Below are positions 38,570 to 48,393 of a stretch of DNA of 64,000 nt, piece by piece. This DNA is from Candidatus Microgenomates bacterium. GTDB lineage: Bacteria; Patescibacteriota; Microgenomatia; UBA8517. The notes beneath the pieces were generated by a model, which was not told where the DNA came from, ran no database searches, and saw nothing but the letters and a program-made list of their open reading frames with translations. A program made the translations under genes and the position numbers. The stretch is from NCBI GenBank assembly GCA_049519355.1, contig JBEKQV010000001.1, positions 220,491 to 284,490 on the forward strand, read 5' to 3'. Each line of letters begins with the position of its first letter. Position 1 is the stretch's first letter.

Positions 38570-39420
38570 GTGCTAAGCCTGGATAAAACCACCTTACCCC
38601 AGTCATTGGGGTGGAAAATAGCCCGCGTTCTTGTAATTATCTCGCGGGTGAGTTTTCCCTTCATATGAAGATATTGAAAACGGAATGCCAAAATTTCAAA
38701 AATGTTTTGTCTTGAGTGCATTTTTCGAGTTCTAAGCTTGGGGCTTTTGATCTTTACGGAGTTTGGCCAATATTTTAATATCCATCTGTTTTTAGACAAA
38801 AACTCTTCGTAGGTTTCCTTTTTATTCACAAGCGGAACAATTTGAGCAATCTCGTGAGCTGTATAAATATTTCTTGGATTTCTCCATATTAAATCGCTCT
38901 CATCCATCCACATATTTAAACAAAGCTTGTCTTTTTGGCTTGAATCATTTGACCTTCTGGCACTAAAACCAAATAGACTAATAACAATATAAGCAAACAA
39001 ACGTGTTGACCAAAGATGACCACTTTTAGTAATTATTAGAAAATCAATATCACTTTCCTCGCCCGAATTTGCCATAGCCAATGAACCGGTAACGCCAATC
39101 ATCTTAATGCCTTGTAAACGAGATAGAACCTTTGCCGCATTCTTGGCAATTTCCATCTTTTGGGAGGAAATCCGTTCGCGAAGTGCCCTTTTATAAACCA
39201 GACCTTCTTTTTTCTTCAAAACAAAATAACCGTTTTTACAAACCACAGAAAGATTTCGTTTTGAAGTTCGATATGCACTCCCAACATTCCACTTAATGAG
39301 ATCAGCAAAAGTCAAAGGATAATCGAAGATGTCGTGATAATAAACACTGAGCTTCTCGCCTTCCCCTAACGCTTCCTTGGGGTCTCCGTTTTTGTCTGAA
39401 ATTGCATAAAAATCTAGCAT
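38566..39420 (-). CDS. Nucleotidyltransferase-domain protein (Pol-beta superfamily) (start taken at MLDFYAISDK)
   Basis: GVTGSLAMANSGEESDIDFLIIT is the GS...DxD minimal nucleotidyltransferase motif. Its start codon overlaps the stop of the upstream gene (TAATG). Confidence 0.55.
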   Translation of the reverse strand: MLDFYAISDKNGDPKEALGEGEKLSVYYHDIFDYPLTFADLIKWNVGSAYRTSKRNLSVVCKNGYFVLKKKEGLVYKRALRERISSQKMEIAKNAAKVLSRLQGIKMIGVTGSLAMANSGEESDIDFLIITKSGHLWSTRLFAYIVISLFGFSARRSNDSSQKDKLCLNMWMDESDLIWRNPRNIYTAHEIAQIVPLVNKKETYEEFLSKNRWILKYWPNSVKIKSPKLRTRKMHSRQNIFEILAFRFQYLHMKGKLTREIITRTRAIFHPNDWGKVVLSRLST

Positions 39421-40844
39421 TATTTCGCGACCAGTCCGTATTGGGCAAGAACCTGTGCTACACCTTGTGCACAAGTGGCAAGAGCTTCGGTCGCCGTCTC
39501 ACTTCCGTTAGCAACCGCGTTGACTGCATCTCCAAAATAATTTATGAGTTGCGAGTTCATTCCTGTGGGTCCGTCAAAAGTTCTACTATCAAGATACCAG
39601 CTTTCCGCTCCGGGTGCCTGGGCCACAATCGAACCGAGGATTGGATGGTTTGTGAGAAGTGATGCCATATCGGGTCTGGGATAGGGTTCACCAAAAGACC
39701 TCTCTACCGATTCGTTCTGAAACATCTTTTGCAGGGAATCTTGAGTACTTAAAAATTTGAGAAAATCCCAGGCAACAGCTTTGTTGGTGCTTTTTGACCA
39801 AACCCCCTGTGCCCAATATGTAGCGTAGGTTATATCCGGCTGATTTGGATTATCTTTAGGGAGTTGAGGAATCGGGACTGTTTTGAACTTAAGGTTTGGG
39901 TTCGCCTGCTGTACCTGAAAAGCCTCCCAACTCGGTCCGATGTACATTGCCAAATTTCCTGCAGCAAACATCTGTGTGGACGGAGGAAGCGTCGCATCCC
40001 AAACCCCGTCGATTGTGGAAAAAACGGTAAAGAAGGTCAAGGCATCTTCGGCCGGCTTCCCTGTTGGGTTATTTAAATCAACCCCATTTTGCAACATAAG
40101 AAGTGCCAAAATCTCCGGCCAATTATCAACATTCTCGGTCCTTCCCAGTGCCACTCCGGATTGGGTAATTACTCCCTGATCATTTTTAATGGTCAACTCC
40201 CTGGCGGTGGTCCGCAGATCGTCCCATGTAGTCGGGGGTGTTTTTCCGGCTGCATTGAAAATATCCTCATTGATAAAAAGTGTGAGGCCATCATATTCAA
40301 GCGGAATCCCGACAATCGAACTCCCGTTCGTTAAATCCGATGAGGCAATCGGATAAAATGTCTTGGAATATTCATCTGCGCCCATTACGGATGCTGGCAA
40401 ACTGTCCAAATCATCCTTAAACATCGGAACCCAAGAATTATGAAATGCAAAAATGTCCGGCCCCGTCCCTTTCGCCAGAGAATTTGTTAATCTTTCCCTG
40501 TAATCCTGGTCGGATTGTGCCACGTAGGTAATCTTAACTCCGGGATGCGCCGATTCATAGGCCGATATTAATGGCGAAACAATAGAAGAATCTTCCCAAA
40601 GTCCCCACCATGTAATTTGTCCTGAAGGAGAACTTTTTTTGCTTAAAATCCTACCGACCAAAAGTGCCAGGACCAAAATTAAAACCACTGCGCCGGCAAT
40701 TATGAGAATAGTTGGAATTCTTTTTTTTGGTAAAGGAGGAATAATTGGCTGTGGCACGGCGGATTGGGGCGGTGGTACCTGGACTTGACCTGCCGGTTGC
40801 GAAGCGGCAGAGTTTGTATTTACGTAAATATCCTTGGGTGGCAT
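39420..40844 (-). CDS. Extracellular solute-binding protein (ABC transporter family 1, sugar-type) with a Pro-rich cytoplasmic N-terminus and a TM anchor
   Basis: After the TM helix the protein reads ITWWGLWEDSSIVSPLISAYESAHPGVKITYV...GPDIFAFHNSWVPMF, a typical maltose/oligosaccharide SBP fold signature. Confidence 0.65.
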   Translation of the reverse strand: MPPKDIYVNTNSAASQPAGQVQVPPPQSAVPQPIIPPLPKKRIPTILIIAGAVVLILVLALLVGRILSKKSSPSGQITWWGLWEDSSIVSPLISAYESAHPGVKITYVAQSDQDYRERLTNSLAKGTGPDIFAFHNSWVPMFKDDLDSLPASVMGADEYSKTFYPIASSDLTNGSSIVGIPLEYDGLTLFINEDIFNAAGKTPPTTWDDLRTTARELTIKNDQGVITQSGVALGRTENVDNWPEILALLMLQNGVDLNNPTGKPAEDALTFFTVFSTIDGVWDATLPPSTQMFAAGNLAMYIGPSWEAFQVQQANPNLKFKTVPIPQLPKDNPNQPDITYATYWAQGVWSKSTNKAVAWDFLKFLSTQDSLQKMFQNESVERSFGEPYPRPDMASLLTNHPILGSIVAQAPGAESWYLDSRTFDGPTGMNSQLINYFGDAVNAVANGSETATEALATCAQGVAQVLAQYGLVAK

Positions 40845-40877
40845 TTTTTGTTTTTGCTGAGTCTAAATCTTAACTAA

Positions 40878-42686
40878 ATGGTATCATATGCGGGGAATAT
40901 GGCAAAGCAACATAATCTCAAGCGTACAAAGAAAGTTTTCCGCCAAGTAAGTAAAATAAAGTTCTCGCGACTCATTACACCGCTTCTTTTTGTTCTTGCA
41001 ATTATTCTGGGTTCATTTGCGTCATATCTCATCGCCTATTACGGAAAGATCTATCCCAATACAAAGATTGCCGGTTTGGATATTAGCGGAAGAAGCCCGA
41101 CCGATTCAATAACTTTACTAAACCAGTACATAGTTCCTCCCGAAGAATTAACACTATATTACCAAGGCCATCTTTATAATATAAAGACTAATGATATTGA
41201 CTTTTCCTACGATTTCGCCGTCTCAGCCGAGACGGCTTATGAATATACCCGGACTGGGTTTATCTTAAAAGATCTCGTCAACCGTCTCGATATCATTGTC
41301 CACCCCAAAGATTTTCCCCTGGTGACAAATATCAATAATGATAAATTAAATAAAATTCTCTCTTCCATTTCAGGACAGATTTCTGTCAAACCAGTCAACC
41401 CGACAATTAATCTTGTCGACGGCAAGATAATTATTAACAAAGGGTCTCCCGGCATAGAAGTTAATCAGGAAGCCCTAACCGCGTTGATCGAAAAAAACCT
41501 GGCAACGGCTAAAACGGCAGAAATAGAAATTCCCGTAAGTATAACCGACAATACACTAAGTCAAACCGAGGCGGATTCCCTTCAGTCACGCGCGGCAAAA
41601 TATCTCGGCAAAAACATTCAAATGAAGTTTGAGTACAACACATTAGTACTTAATGATAGCGATATACTCAAACTTCTGGATCCGGAATCCGGATACAACG
41701 AGCAAGCTATTACGGATTTTATTCAAAAAACTGCAACTTCCGTTGATCGGAATCCTGTAAATCCAAAGTTTGTTTTTACCGGCGGAAAAGTAACCGAATT
41801 TCAGCCGGCCCTGGACGGGATCAAAACCGACCAAGAAAGTTTTAAAAACCAACTTACCGCTTCACTCGACAAACTCGAATCCACCGCAGATTTGTCCGAA
41901 ACTTTCGACATTCCTGTTGCTAAAAACCTACCCGAAGTTTCAACTGATGAAGTGAACAATCTTGGTATTAAGGAGCTTATCGGTAGAGGCGTTTCGACTT
42001 ATTTCCATTCGGCCGACTCCCGCGTCCACAACGTCGTCCTTGCTGCCTCCAGAATAAACGGCACATTGGTTAAACCTGGCGACACTTTTTCTTTTAATAC
42101 TACACTCGGTGACGTTTCTGCCTTTACAGGATACCAGCAAGCTTACATTATTTCTGAAGGAAGAACGGTTCTCGGTGACGGAGGAGGTGTTTGCCAGGTT
42201 TCTACCACTCTTTTCAGAGCAATCTTAAATGCCGGTCTCCCTGTAATCGAAAGGACAGCACACGCGTACAGAGTTGGTTACTACGAGCAGGATTCGCCCC
42301 CGGGATTCGACGCAACTGTTTACGGGCCTGAGCCGGACCTGAAGTTCAAAAACGATACTCCGGCATACATACTAATAGAGGCCCAGGACGATCCGAAAAA
42401 CTACTCTCTTACCTTTGAACTTTACGGCACCAGTGACGGAAGAGTCGCAAATACCTCTAAACCTGTTGTTTCCAATATTACCCCTGCTCCCCCAGCCTTA
42501 TATCAAGATGACCCAACGCTACCGGCAGGAACAATTAAACAAACCGATTTTGCGGCATCCGGTGCAAAAGTTGTATTTAATTATTCGGTAACAAGAGACG
42601 GAAAACAAATTTATCAAAAAACCTTTGTCAGTAATTATCAACCCTGGCAGGCGGTTTATTTACGAGGAACAGGGCCAGCAATTTAG
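40878..42686 (+). CDS. VanW-family protein (peptidoglycan-binding plus VanW domain)
   Basis: An N-terminal TM helix and a C-terminal VanW core (GRGVSTYFHS...GGGVCQVSTTLFRAILNAGLPVIERTAHAYRVGYY). Confidence 0.7.
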   Translation: MVSYAGNMAKQHNLKRTKKVFRQVSKIKFSRLITPLLFVLAIILGSFASYLIAYYGKIYPNTKIAGLDISGRSPTDSITLLNQYIVPPEELTLYYQGHLYNIKTNDIDFSYDFAVSAETAYEYTRTGFILKDLVNRLDIIVHPKDFPLVTNINNDKLNKILSSISGQISVKPVNPTINLVDGKIIINKGSPGIEVNQEALTALIEKNLATAKTAEIEIPVSITDNTLSQTEADSLQSRAAKYLGKNIQMKFEYNTLVLNDSDILKLLDPESGYNEQAITDFIQKTATSVDRNPVNPKFVFTGGKVTEFQPALDGIKTDQESFKNQLTASLDKLESTADLSETFDIPVAKNLPEVSTDEVNNLGIKELIGRGVSTYFHSADSRVHNVVLAASRINGTLVKPGDTFSFNTTLGDVSAFTGYQQAYIISEGRTVLGDGGGVCQVSTTLFRAILNAGLPVIERTAHAYRVGYYEQDSPPGFDATVYGPEPDLKFKNDTPAYILIEAQDDPKNYSLTFELYGTSDGRVANTSKPVVSNITPAPPALYQDDPTLPAGTIKQTDFAASGAKVVFNYSVTRDGKQIYQKTFVSNYQPWQAVYLRGTGPAI

Positions 42687-42710
42687 CTTCAAAATTGGTA
42701 CAATAGCCTC

Positions 42711-43769
42711 ATGCAGGTAATTAAATTAAAAGGTAAAGCCGTCGGAGCTGCGGTAGAAATTTTGAAAAAGGGCGGACTTATTGTTTATCCGACCGAAACT
42801 CTTTATGGCATCGGGGCCGATGCAACTAATTCTCAGGCTATTAAAAAACTGACAGAATACAAAAATCGGCCTTTTGGAAAACCTTATTCTATTGCCGTAA
42901 CCGACCGAAAAATGGCTGAGGATTATGTTGAACTAAACGAAACCGCCAGTAATCTCTACAAAGAATTTCTTCCCGGCCCTTTAACCGTAATATCTAAAGG
43001 AAAACACAAAGTGTCCACGGGTGTTGAAAGCGAGGACGGAACTTTAGGAATACGTATCCCCGACTATAAATTGGTAATAGAAATTGTAAAAAAATTTGGG
43101 AAACCCATCACCTCGACTTCCGCAAATGCAAGTTATAAAAAACGTCCTTATAAAATTTCCGACATACTTGAAAATATTAGCGCAAAGCAAAAAAAACTGG
43201 TTGATTTAATTATTGATGCGGGAACTCTTCCACACAATGAACCTTCGACAGTAATTGATACGACGCTGGACAATCCAGTAACTTTGCGCCAAGGGAAAAT
43301 TAAATTAACCGATAAAAACGAGGTACTAACCAGAAGTGAGGAAAACACTGAAAATCTTGCAAAAGAAATCTGGCAAAAATACGAAATGCATATAGGAAAA
43401 CGCGCAATTATTTTTGCTCTTCAAGGAAAAATGGGTACCGGCAAAACTATTTTTACCAAAGGCCTCGCGCGTGCTATGGGAATAAGTGAACTGGTTACCT
43501 CCCCCACTTTCGCACTCGAAAATGAATACGAAACCGGTAAGAAAAAATTATTTCATTTTGATGCTTGGAGACTCGATAAATCGACTGAACTAAGAGCCCT
43601 AGGGTTTGAAAATCTTATTAAAAACAGGTCTGTCGTTTCAATCGAGTGGGCCGAAAGGGTTGCCGACATTATTCGTGAGTTCGACGACGAGGCAATAATC
43701 ATTTGGATAAAACTGGAGTTTGGGAAAAAGGAAAACGAAAGAAAAATTTCTTGGGGGGTTACACAATGA
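42711..43769 (+). CDS. Fusion protein: L-threonylcarbamoyladenylate synthase TsaC/YrdC domain (N-terminal) plus t6A P-loop ATPase TsaE/YjeE domain (C-terminal)
   Basis: The N-terminus reads LIVYPTETLYGIGADATNSQAIKKLTEYKNRPFGKPYSIAV (YrdC fold). The C-terminus reads ALQGKMGTGKTIFTKGLARAMGI..VTSPTFALENEY...HFDAWRL (TsaE Walker A plus SPTF motif). Confidence 0.7.
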   Translation: MQVIKLKGKAVGAAVEILKKGGLIVYPTETLYGIGADATNSQAIKKLTEYKNRPFGKPYSIAVTDRKMAEDYVELNETASNLYKEFLPGPLTVISKGKHKVSTGVESEDGTLGIRIPDYKLVIEIVKKFGKPITSTSANASYKKRPYKISDILENISAKQKKLVDLIIDAGTLPHNEPSTVIDTTLDNPVTLRQGKIKLTDKNEVLTRSEENTENLAKEIWQKYEMHIGKRAIIFALQGKMGTGKTIFTKGLARAMGISELVTSPTFALENEYETGKKKLFHFDAWRLDKSTELRALGFENLIKNRSVVSIEWAERVADIIREFDDEAIIIWIKLEFGKKENERKISWGVTQ

Positions 43770-44794
43770 AAATTTTGGCAATTGATACAAGTTGCGATGA
43801 AACAGCCGCCGCGGTAACTGAAGGAACAAACATCACATCAAACGTGATTTGGTCTCAGGCCTCGGCTCATGCGAAATTCGGTGGAGTCATGCCATCTCTT
43901 GCACAACGCATGCATGAGGAAAGAATCGATTGGGTTATCGATAGAGCACTGGGAAAAGATTATAAAAACCTGAACGGAATTGATGCTATTGCGGTAACGG
44001 TTGGCCCCGGACTTTCGATTGCACTTGGTGTTGGAATCGACAGAGCCAAAAAGCAGGCAATAAAACACAATATAAAAATAATCGCCATAAACCATCTAGA
44101 GGGCCATGTGTTAAGTCCGCTGGCAAATAATAAAAAAGTCAGTGATATTGTCTTCCCCGCACTGGGACTAGTGATTTCCGGTGGCAATACACTATTCATC
44201 AAAATTAAAAAAATCGGTTCCTACCAAATTTTGGCGCAAACTACAGATGATGCTCTAGGAGAAGCTCTTGACAAGGGTGCACGAATGATGGGCCTCGGCT
44301 ACCCGGGCGGCGCGGTTTTGGAACGGATGGCAAGACTTGGAAACTCCAAAAAATATAAATTGCCCATTCCGATCGTCGGACAAGAAGCACGCAGAATGTT
44401 CACCTATTCCGGTTTAAAAACGGCAATGTACCGTCTGGTGGAATCAGAAAAACCTCTAACAAAGCGAAAGATTTACGATCTCGCCGCTTGTTTTCAGGAT
44501 GTAGCTTTTTCCCACTTAACCAGAACCATCAAATATATTCTTAGAAATGATTTTGCGGTAAAACCAGGCACTCTTTTGGTCGGAGGCGGAGTTGCCGCCA
44601 ACGTGGAAGTCCGCAAAAGATTAAGAAAACTCGGAAAAGAGTTCGGAATTAAAGTCCTATTTCCGTATTCAAAAAAAATCACGGGTGATAACGCCGCCAT
44701 GATTGGAGTTGCCGCATCTTTTAAATATGAATGTCAAGAATTTGCAAAAACCGAAAGTGTCGATAGAAAACCAAACGCAAAGATAACCGATTGA
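43766..44794 (+). CDS. tsaD: tRNA N6-adenosine threonylcarbamoyltransferase TsaD (Kae1/YgjD) (start taken at MKILAIDTS)
   Basis: MKILAIDTSCDETAAAV, HLEGH (a metal-binding His pair) and GGGVAAN motifs. It overlaps the tsaC-tsaE stop as ATGA. Confidence 0.85.
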   Translation: MKILAIDTSCDETAAAVTEGTNITSNVIWSQASAHAKFGGVMPSLAQRMHEERIDWVIDRALGKDYKNLNGIDAIAVTVGPGLSIALGVGIDRAKKQAIKHNIKIIAINHLEGHVLSPLANNKKVSDIVFPALGLVISGGNTLFIKIKKIGSYQILAQTTDDALGEALDKGARMMGLGYPGGAVLERMARLGNSKKYKLPIPIVGQEARRMFTYSGLKTAMYRLVESEKPLTKRKIYDLAACFQDVAFSHLTRTIKYILRNDFAVKPGTLLVGGGVAANVEVRKRLRKLGKEFGIKVLFPYSKKITGDNAAMIGVAASFKYECQEFAKTESVDRKPNAKITD

Positions 44795-44810
44795 TGTTAC
44801 AATTGTAGCC

Positions 44811-46925
44811 ATGGACCCCCAATACAACCACCAAAGATACGAAACGGATATTTATAAAAAATGGGAGGATTCAGGTGCTTTCTCCCCTGCTAAAAATGAT
44901 AAAACTCCTTTTACTATTATTATGCCTCCCCCCAACGCAAACGACCCGCTCCATATTGGCCACGCTAGGTTTATTGCAATTGAAGACGTTCTAATCCGCT
45001 ACCATAGAATGCTTGGTGAGCCGACACTTTGGCTCCCCGGAAGTGATCACGCCGGAATTGAAACCCAGTTTATGTTTGAAAAAAAGCTGGATAAGGAAGG
45101 CAAAAGCAGATTCGACTATGGCCGTGATACGCTTTACAAAATGATCTGGGACTTTGTCCAGGAGAATACAGGAACAATGGAGTCCCAACTCAAAAGACTG
45201 GGCGCTTCCTGCGATTGGACAAGGTTTAAATTCACACTGGATCCCAAAATAATAAAAATTATTTACCAAACATTCAAAAAACTCTATGACGACGGTCTAG
45301 TTTACAGGGGTGAAAGGATCGTAAATTATTGCACAAAATGCGGAACCGCCTATTCTCAACTCGAAGTTGATTATGTGGAACGCGACGACAAACTCTATTA
45401 TTTAGACTACGGACCGATTACGATCGCAACAACACGCCCCGAAACTATTTTCGCCGACGTGGCCGTTGCCGTAAACCCCGCGGACAAAAAGTATGCAAAG
45501 TTGGTAGGATTAACCGCAAAAATCCCGCTTATTAACCGCGAAGTTCCGGTAATTGAGGATAAGTTGGTGGATATAAGCTTCGGAACAGGGGCCCTGAAAA
45601 TTACACCGGCACATGACGCAACCGATTTCGAGATCGGACGGGCTCATAATTTACCAACAATTTCCGTAATCGATGAAAACGGGCGTATGACTGGCACTCC
45701 GAGCAAATATATCGGTATGAAAGCGGCAACTGCACGCGATGAGGTTGTCAAAGATTTAATTGCCGCGGGCAAGATTGTAAAAACAGAATCAATCCACCAC
45801 CCCGTGGGAACATGTTATAAGGACCACTCAACCATTGAACCGATGGTTTCCAAACAATGGTTTCTGAAAGTTGAGCCGCTGGTCAAGAAATCCCTTGAGG
45901 CAATGAAAAAGGGTGAAGTCAAATTCACAGCCGAGAAATTTGAAAAAATCGCCAAGAACTGGTTTAAAAACTTAAGGGATTGGAATATCAGCCGTCAAAT
46001 TGTTTGGGGCATAAGAATCCCCGCCTGGAGATGCGAAAAGTGTCTTGAGTGGACAATTACAGACGGAGAAGAACCATTAAAATGCGAAAAATGCGGACAC
46101 GGCAAATTAACACAGGATAATGATACTTTTGACACTTGGTTTTCCTCAGGGCAGTGGCCGTTTGCAACTCTTAAGACAACAAAAGCAGAAGATTTTGAAA
46201 GATTTTATCCAACAACAGTTATGGAAACCGCATATGACATACTCCCCTTCTGGGTAATAAGAATGATCATGCTGGGAATTTATGCAACAGGCAAGGTACC
46301 GTTTAAAGAAGTACTCATCCACGGACTCGTCCGTGATCGTGAGGGGCAAAAAATCAGTAAATCGAAGGGAAATGTAATTAACCCCATTGAGATGGCGGAT
46401 AAATATGGAGCGGATGCCCTGAGGATGGGACTTTTGTGGGGGGCACTCGTTGAAAACGACGTTGCACTTTCCGAGGAAAACATCAATGCACAGAGAAAAT
46501 TTGCCAACAAGATTTGGAATGCAGCACGTTATCTAATTCTAGAACCGATAGATGAAATACAGGATGTTGGCCTTGTTTCCAGAAAGTTCTCGGGCGTTGA
46601 CATTAAAGAAGACACCAAGAAAGCTTATTTGGAAGAGGCTAAGCAAAGAATGGCTAAAAACATTAGAGAAATATCAAAACATTTAAAGAATCTTGATATT
46701 ACATTTGCCACTGAAAAGGTTTACTCCGAATTTTGGCATTGGTATTGTGATGAGTTAATTGAAAAGTGTAAAGACAATATTATTGAAAAACGAGAAATAA
46801 AGAAGATGTTTCTTGACTTCCTTAAGCTTCTTCATCCTTTCATGCCTTTCCTGACGGAGCAAGTTTGGCACGAGATGGGAGAGGAAGGACTTCTAATAAA
46901 CGCTTCTTGGCCAAAAGCTTACTAA
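44811..46925 (+). CDS. valS: Valine--tRNA ligase (short form, class I aminoacyl-tRNA synthetase with editing domain)
   Basis: PPPNANDPLHIGHA (the ValS-type HIGH region), KISKSKGN (KMSKS), a Zn-knuckle (CEKCLEW...CEKCGHG) and WFSSGQWPF. Confidence 0.75.
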   Translation: MDPQYNHQRYETDIYKKWEDSGAFSPAKNDKTPFTIIMPPPNANDPLHIGHARFIAIEDVLIRYHRMLGEPTLWLPGSDHAGIETQFMFEKKLDKEGKSRFDYGRDTLYKMIWDFVQENTGTMESQLKRLGASCDWTRFKFTLDPKIIKIIYQTFKKLYDDGLVYRGERIVNYCTKCGTAYSQLEVDYVERDDKLYYLDYGPITIATTRPETIFADVAVAVNPADKKYAKLVGLTAKIPLINREVPVIEDKLVDISFGTGALKITPAHDATDFEIGRAHNLPTISVIDENGRMTGTPSKYIGMKAATARDEVVKDLIAAGKIVKTESIHHPVGTCYKDHSTIEPMVSKQWFLKVEPLVKKSLEAMKKGEVKFTAEKFEKIAKNWFKNLRDWNISRQIVWGIRIPAWRCEKCLEWTITDGEEPLKCEKCGHGKLTQDNDTFDTWFSSGQWPFATLKTTKAEDFERFYPTTVMETAYDILPFWVIRMIMLGIYATGKVPFKEVLIHGLVRDREGQKISKSKGNVINPIEMADKYGADALRMGLLWGALVENDVALSEENINAQRKFANKIWNAARYLILEPIDEIQDVGLVSRKFSGVDIKEDTKKAYLEEAKQRMAKNIREISKHLKNLDITFATEKVYSEFWHWYCDELIEKCKDNIIEKREIKKMFLDFLKLLHPFMPFLTEQVWHEMGEEGLLINASWPKAY

Positions 46926-46942
46926 TTTGATTAGCCCGAAGG

Positions 46943-47431
46943 TCAATACCCGGCAGGTGATGCTGAAGGAGAAACTAATGGCAAAGCCGACGGAATTGCC
47001 GAAGGCGAAGCACTAGCCACCGGAGTTCCTGAGCCGGTTGCCGCCGGAGTTTCGGTAGGAATTACAGTCGGGAGCGGTGCAATCGTTGTTATCGGAGTTG
47101 GAACGGGTTGTGGCGAAAGAAGTTTCGCCCCGAAAACATATGCAACAACCGCCAGTACTGCAATTACAGCAAGAATTATCGCAACCACCATTAAAGGTGA
47201 ACCTTTCTTCGGGCTTTCGGGAAGTGGAGTGCTCGGTTCAACCGGAGCAGCGGGGGGTGCGGCAGGTATATCCTCAACAACAGATTGAACAGTAGGTGTT
47301 TGAACAGGTGGAGGTGGCGGGGCTACCGGCTGTTGAGTAGCCGCAGCTTTTACGGAAAGGTTTTGCAAATCTTCTTCCAGCTTCTTTACCGCTTCTCCAT
47401 CCCCTTGCGGCTGTGGTGTGTTTGGGTCCAT
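46943..47431 (-). CDS. Proline-rich single-pass membrane protein (hypothetical)
   Basis: A 162-aa ORF with a Pro-rich N-terminus, one TM helix (LMVVAIILAVIAVLAVVAYVF) and a Pro/Thr/Ser-rich extracellular tail. Confidence 0.35.
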   Translation of the reverse strand: MDPNTPQPQGDGEAVKKLEEDLQNLSVKAAATQQPVAPPPPPVQTPTVQSVVEDIPAAPPAAPVEPSTPLPESPKKGSPLMVVAIILAVIAVLAVVAYVFGAKLLSPQPVPTPITTIAPLPTVIPTETPAATGSGTPVASASPSAIPSALPLVSPSASPAGY

Positions 47432-47446
47432 AATTTAGAATATCAT

Positions 47447-47707
47447 ATGTCTGCCAAAACGGTCAACAGGGCCGCAATAGATTTACTTATTTTTGTAGCA
47501 ATCCTCTTTGTTTTACTTTTAACTTCCGTAAATATTGATAACTATTTGGCTCCCAAAAAAGTACTTGGCATTGAAACACAAGTTGGCTCGAATGAAAAAT
47601 TCTGGGAAGATTTTCTAAATAAAAACCCCAACTATATTCCGGGGTGGATAGAAATTGGAAGAACCGACAAAATGAAAGAAATTGATCCGAACTACATTAG
47701 GCCTTAG
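47447..47707 (+). CDS. Small membrane-anchored protein (hypothetical)
   Basis: 86 aa (start at MSAKTVN) with one TM helix. Its 3' end overlaps rplY convergently. Confidence 0.3.
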   Translation: MSAKTVNRAAIDLLIFVAILFVLLLTSVNIDNYLAPKKVLGIETQVGSNEKFWEDFLNKNPNYIPGWIEIGRTDKMKEIDPNYIRP

Positions 47708-48389
47708 GTTCTTCTTTTGGAGCTGTGCCTTCTGCCGGTTGTCCCTCGGCAGGTGTTTCACCTTCTGCAGGAACCGCACCTTCCGCGGGAACTTCACCCT
47801 CAGCCGAGGCCGGAGGTGCAACAACTTCCTCCTTTTGAGGGGGTTCAACTTTGACAACAATTTCGTCAGCCCCTGTTTTGACATCAACTTTGCTCCTGTC
47901 AACTTTCAAATCCTTGACAAGTATTGCTTGATCAACTTCAGCAAGGGCCGACATATCGACCGTAAACTTTTCCGGTAAGTCCATTGGAAGCGCTTCAACT
48001 TTAATTTCGTTTATATATTGGACAACGGTGCCGATCGCCTGTTTTTCCGCCGGGGACTCTCCCGTTAGCTCGACAGGTACTTCTGCTTCAACCTTCTCTT
48101 TAAGGTCTACCTGCAAAAAATCGACATGGACGGGGGCATCGCTAACCGGGTTTACCTGAAGGTTATGAACCAAAACGGGCTTTTCGTCTTTACCGATTAC
48201 AAGAGTAAGCAAACCCGTCTCTCCAACTTCCTTATAGACTTTTTCAAAATCTTTAAGAACTACCTGAACCGCCTCTGATTTAATTTTTTTGCCAAAAATA
48301 TTTCCGGGTAAAATTCCTTCTTTTCGAAGATTTTTTACTTTCCGCCCTGAAATTTTTCTGACTTCAGCTTTTAATTCTTGTTTTTGCAT
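47697..48389 (-). CDS. rplY: 50S ribosomal protein L25 / general stress protein Ctc with an acidic repeat tail
   Basis: RKEGILPGNIFGK...HNLQVNPVSDAPVHVDF is the L25/Ctc core. The C-terminal tail carries five PAEGx repeats. Confidence 0.8.
   Translation of the reverse strand: MQKQELKAEVRKISGRKVKNLRKEGILPGNIFGKKIKSEAVQVVLKDFEKVYKEVGETGLLTLVIGKDEKPVLVHNLQVNPVSDAPVHVDFLQVDLKEKVEAEVPVELTGESPAEKQAIGTVVQYINEIKVEALPMDLPEKFTVDMSALAEVDQAILVKDLKVDRSKVDVKTGADEIVVKVEPPQKEEVVAPPASAEGEVPAEGAVPAEGETPAEGQPAEGTAPKEEPKA
47714..47837 (-). repeat. Tandem 15-nt repeats encoding (A/P)AEGx pentapeptides in the rplY C-terminal tail
   Basis: The plus strand shows ccttctgccgg / cctcggcaggtg / ccttctgcagga / ccttccgcggga / ccctcagccgag periodicity. 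Confidence 0.5.
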
Positions 48390-48393
48390 ATCT

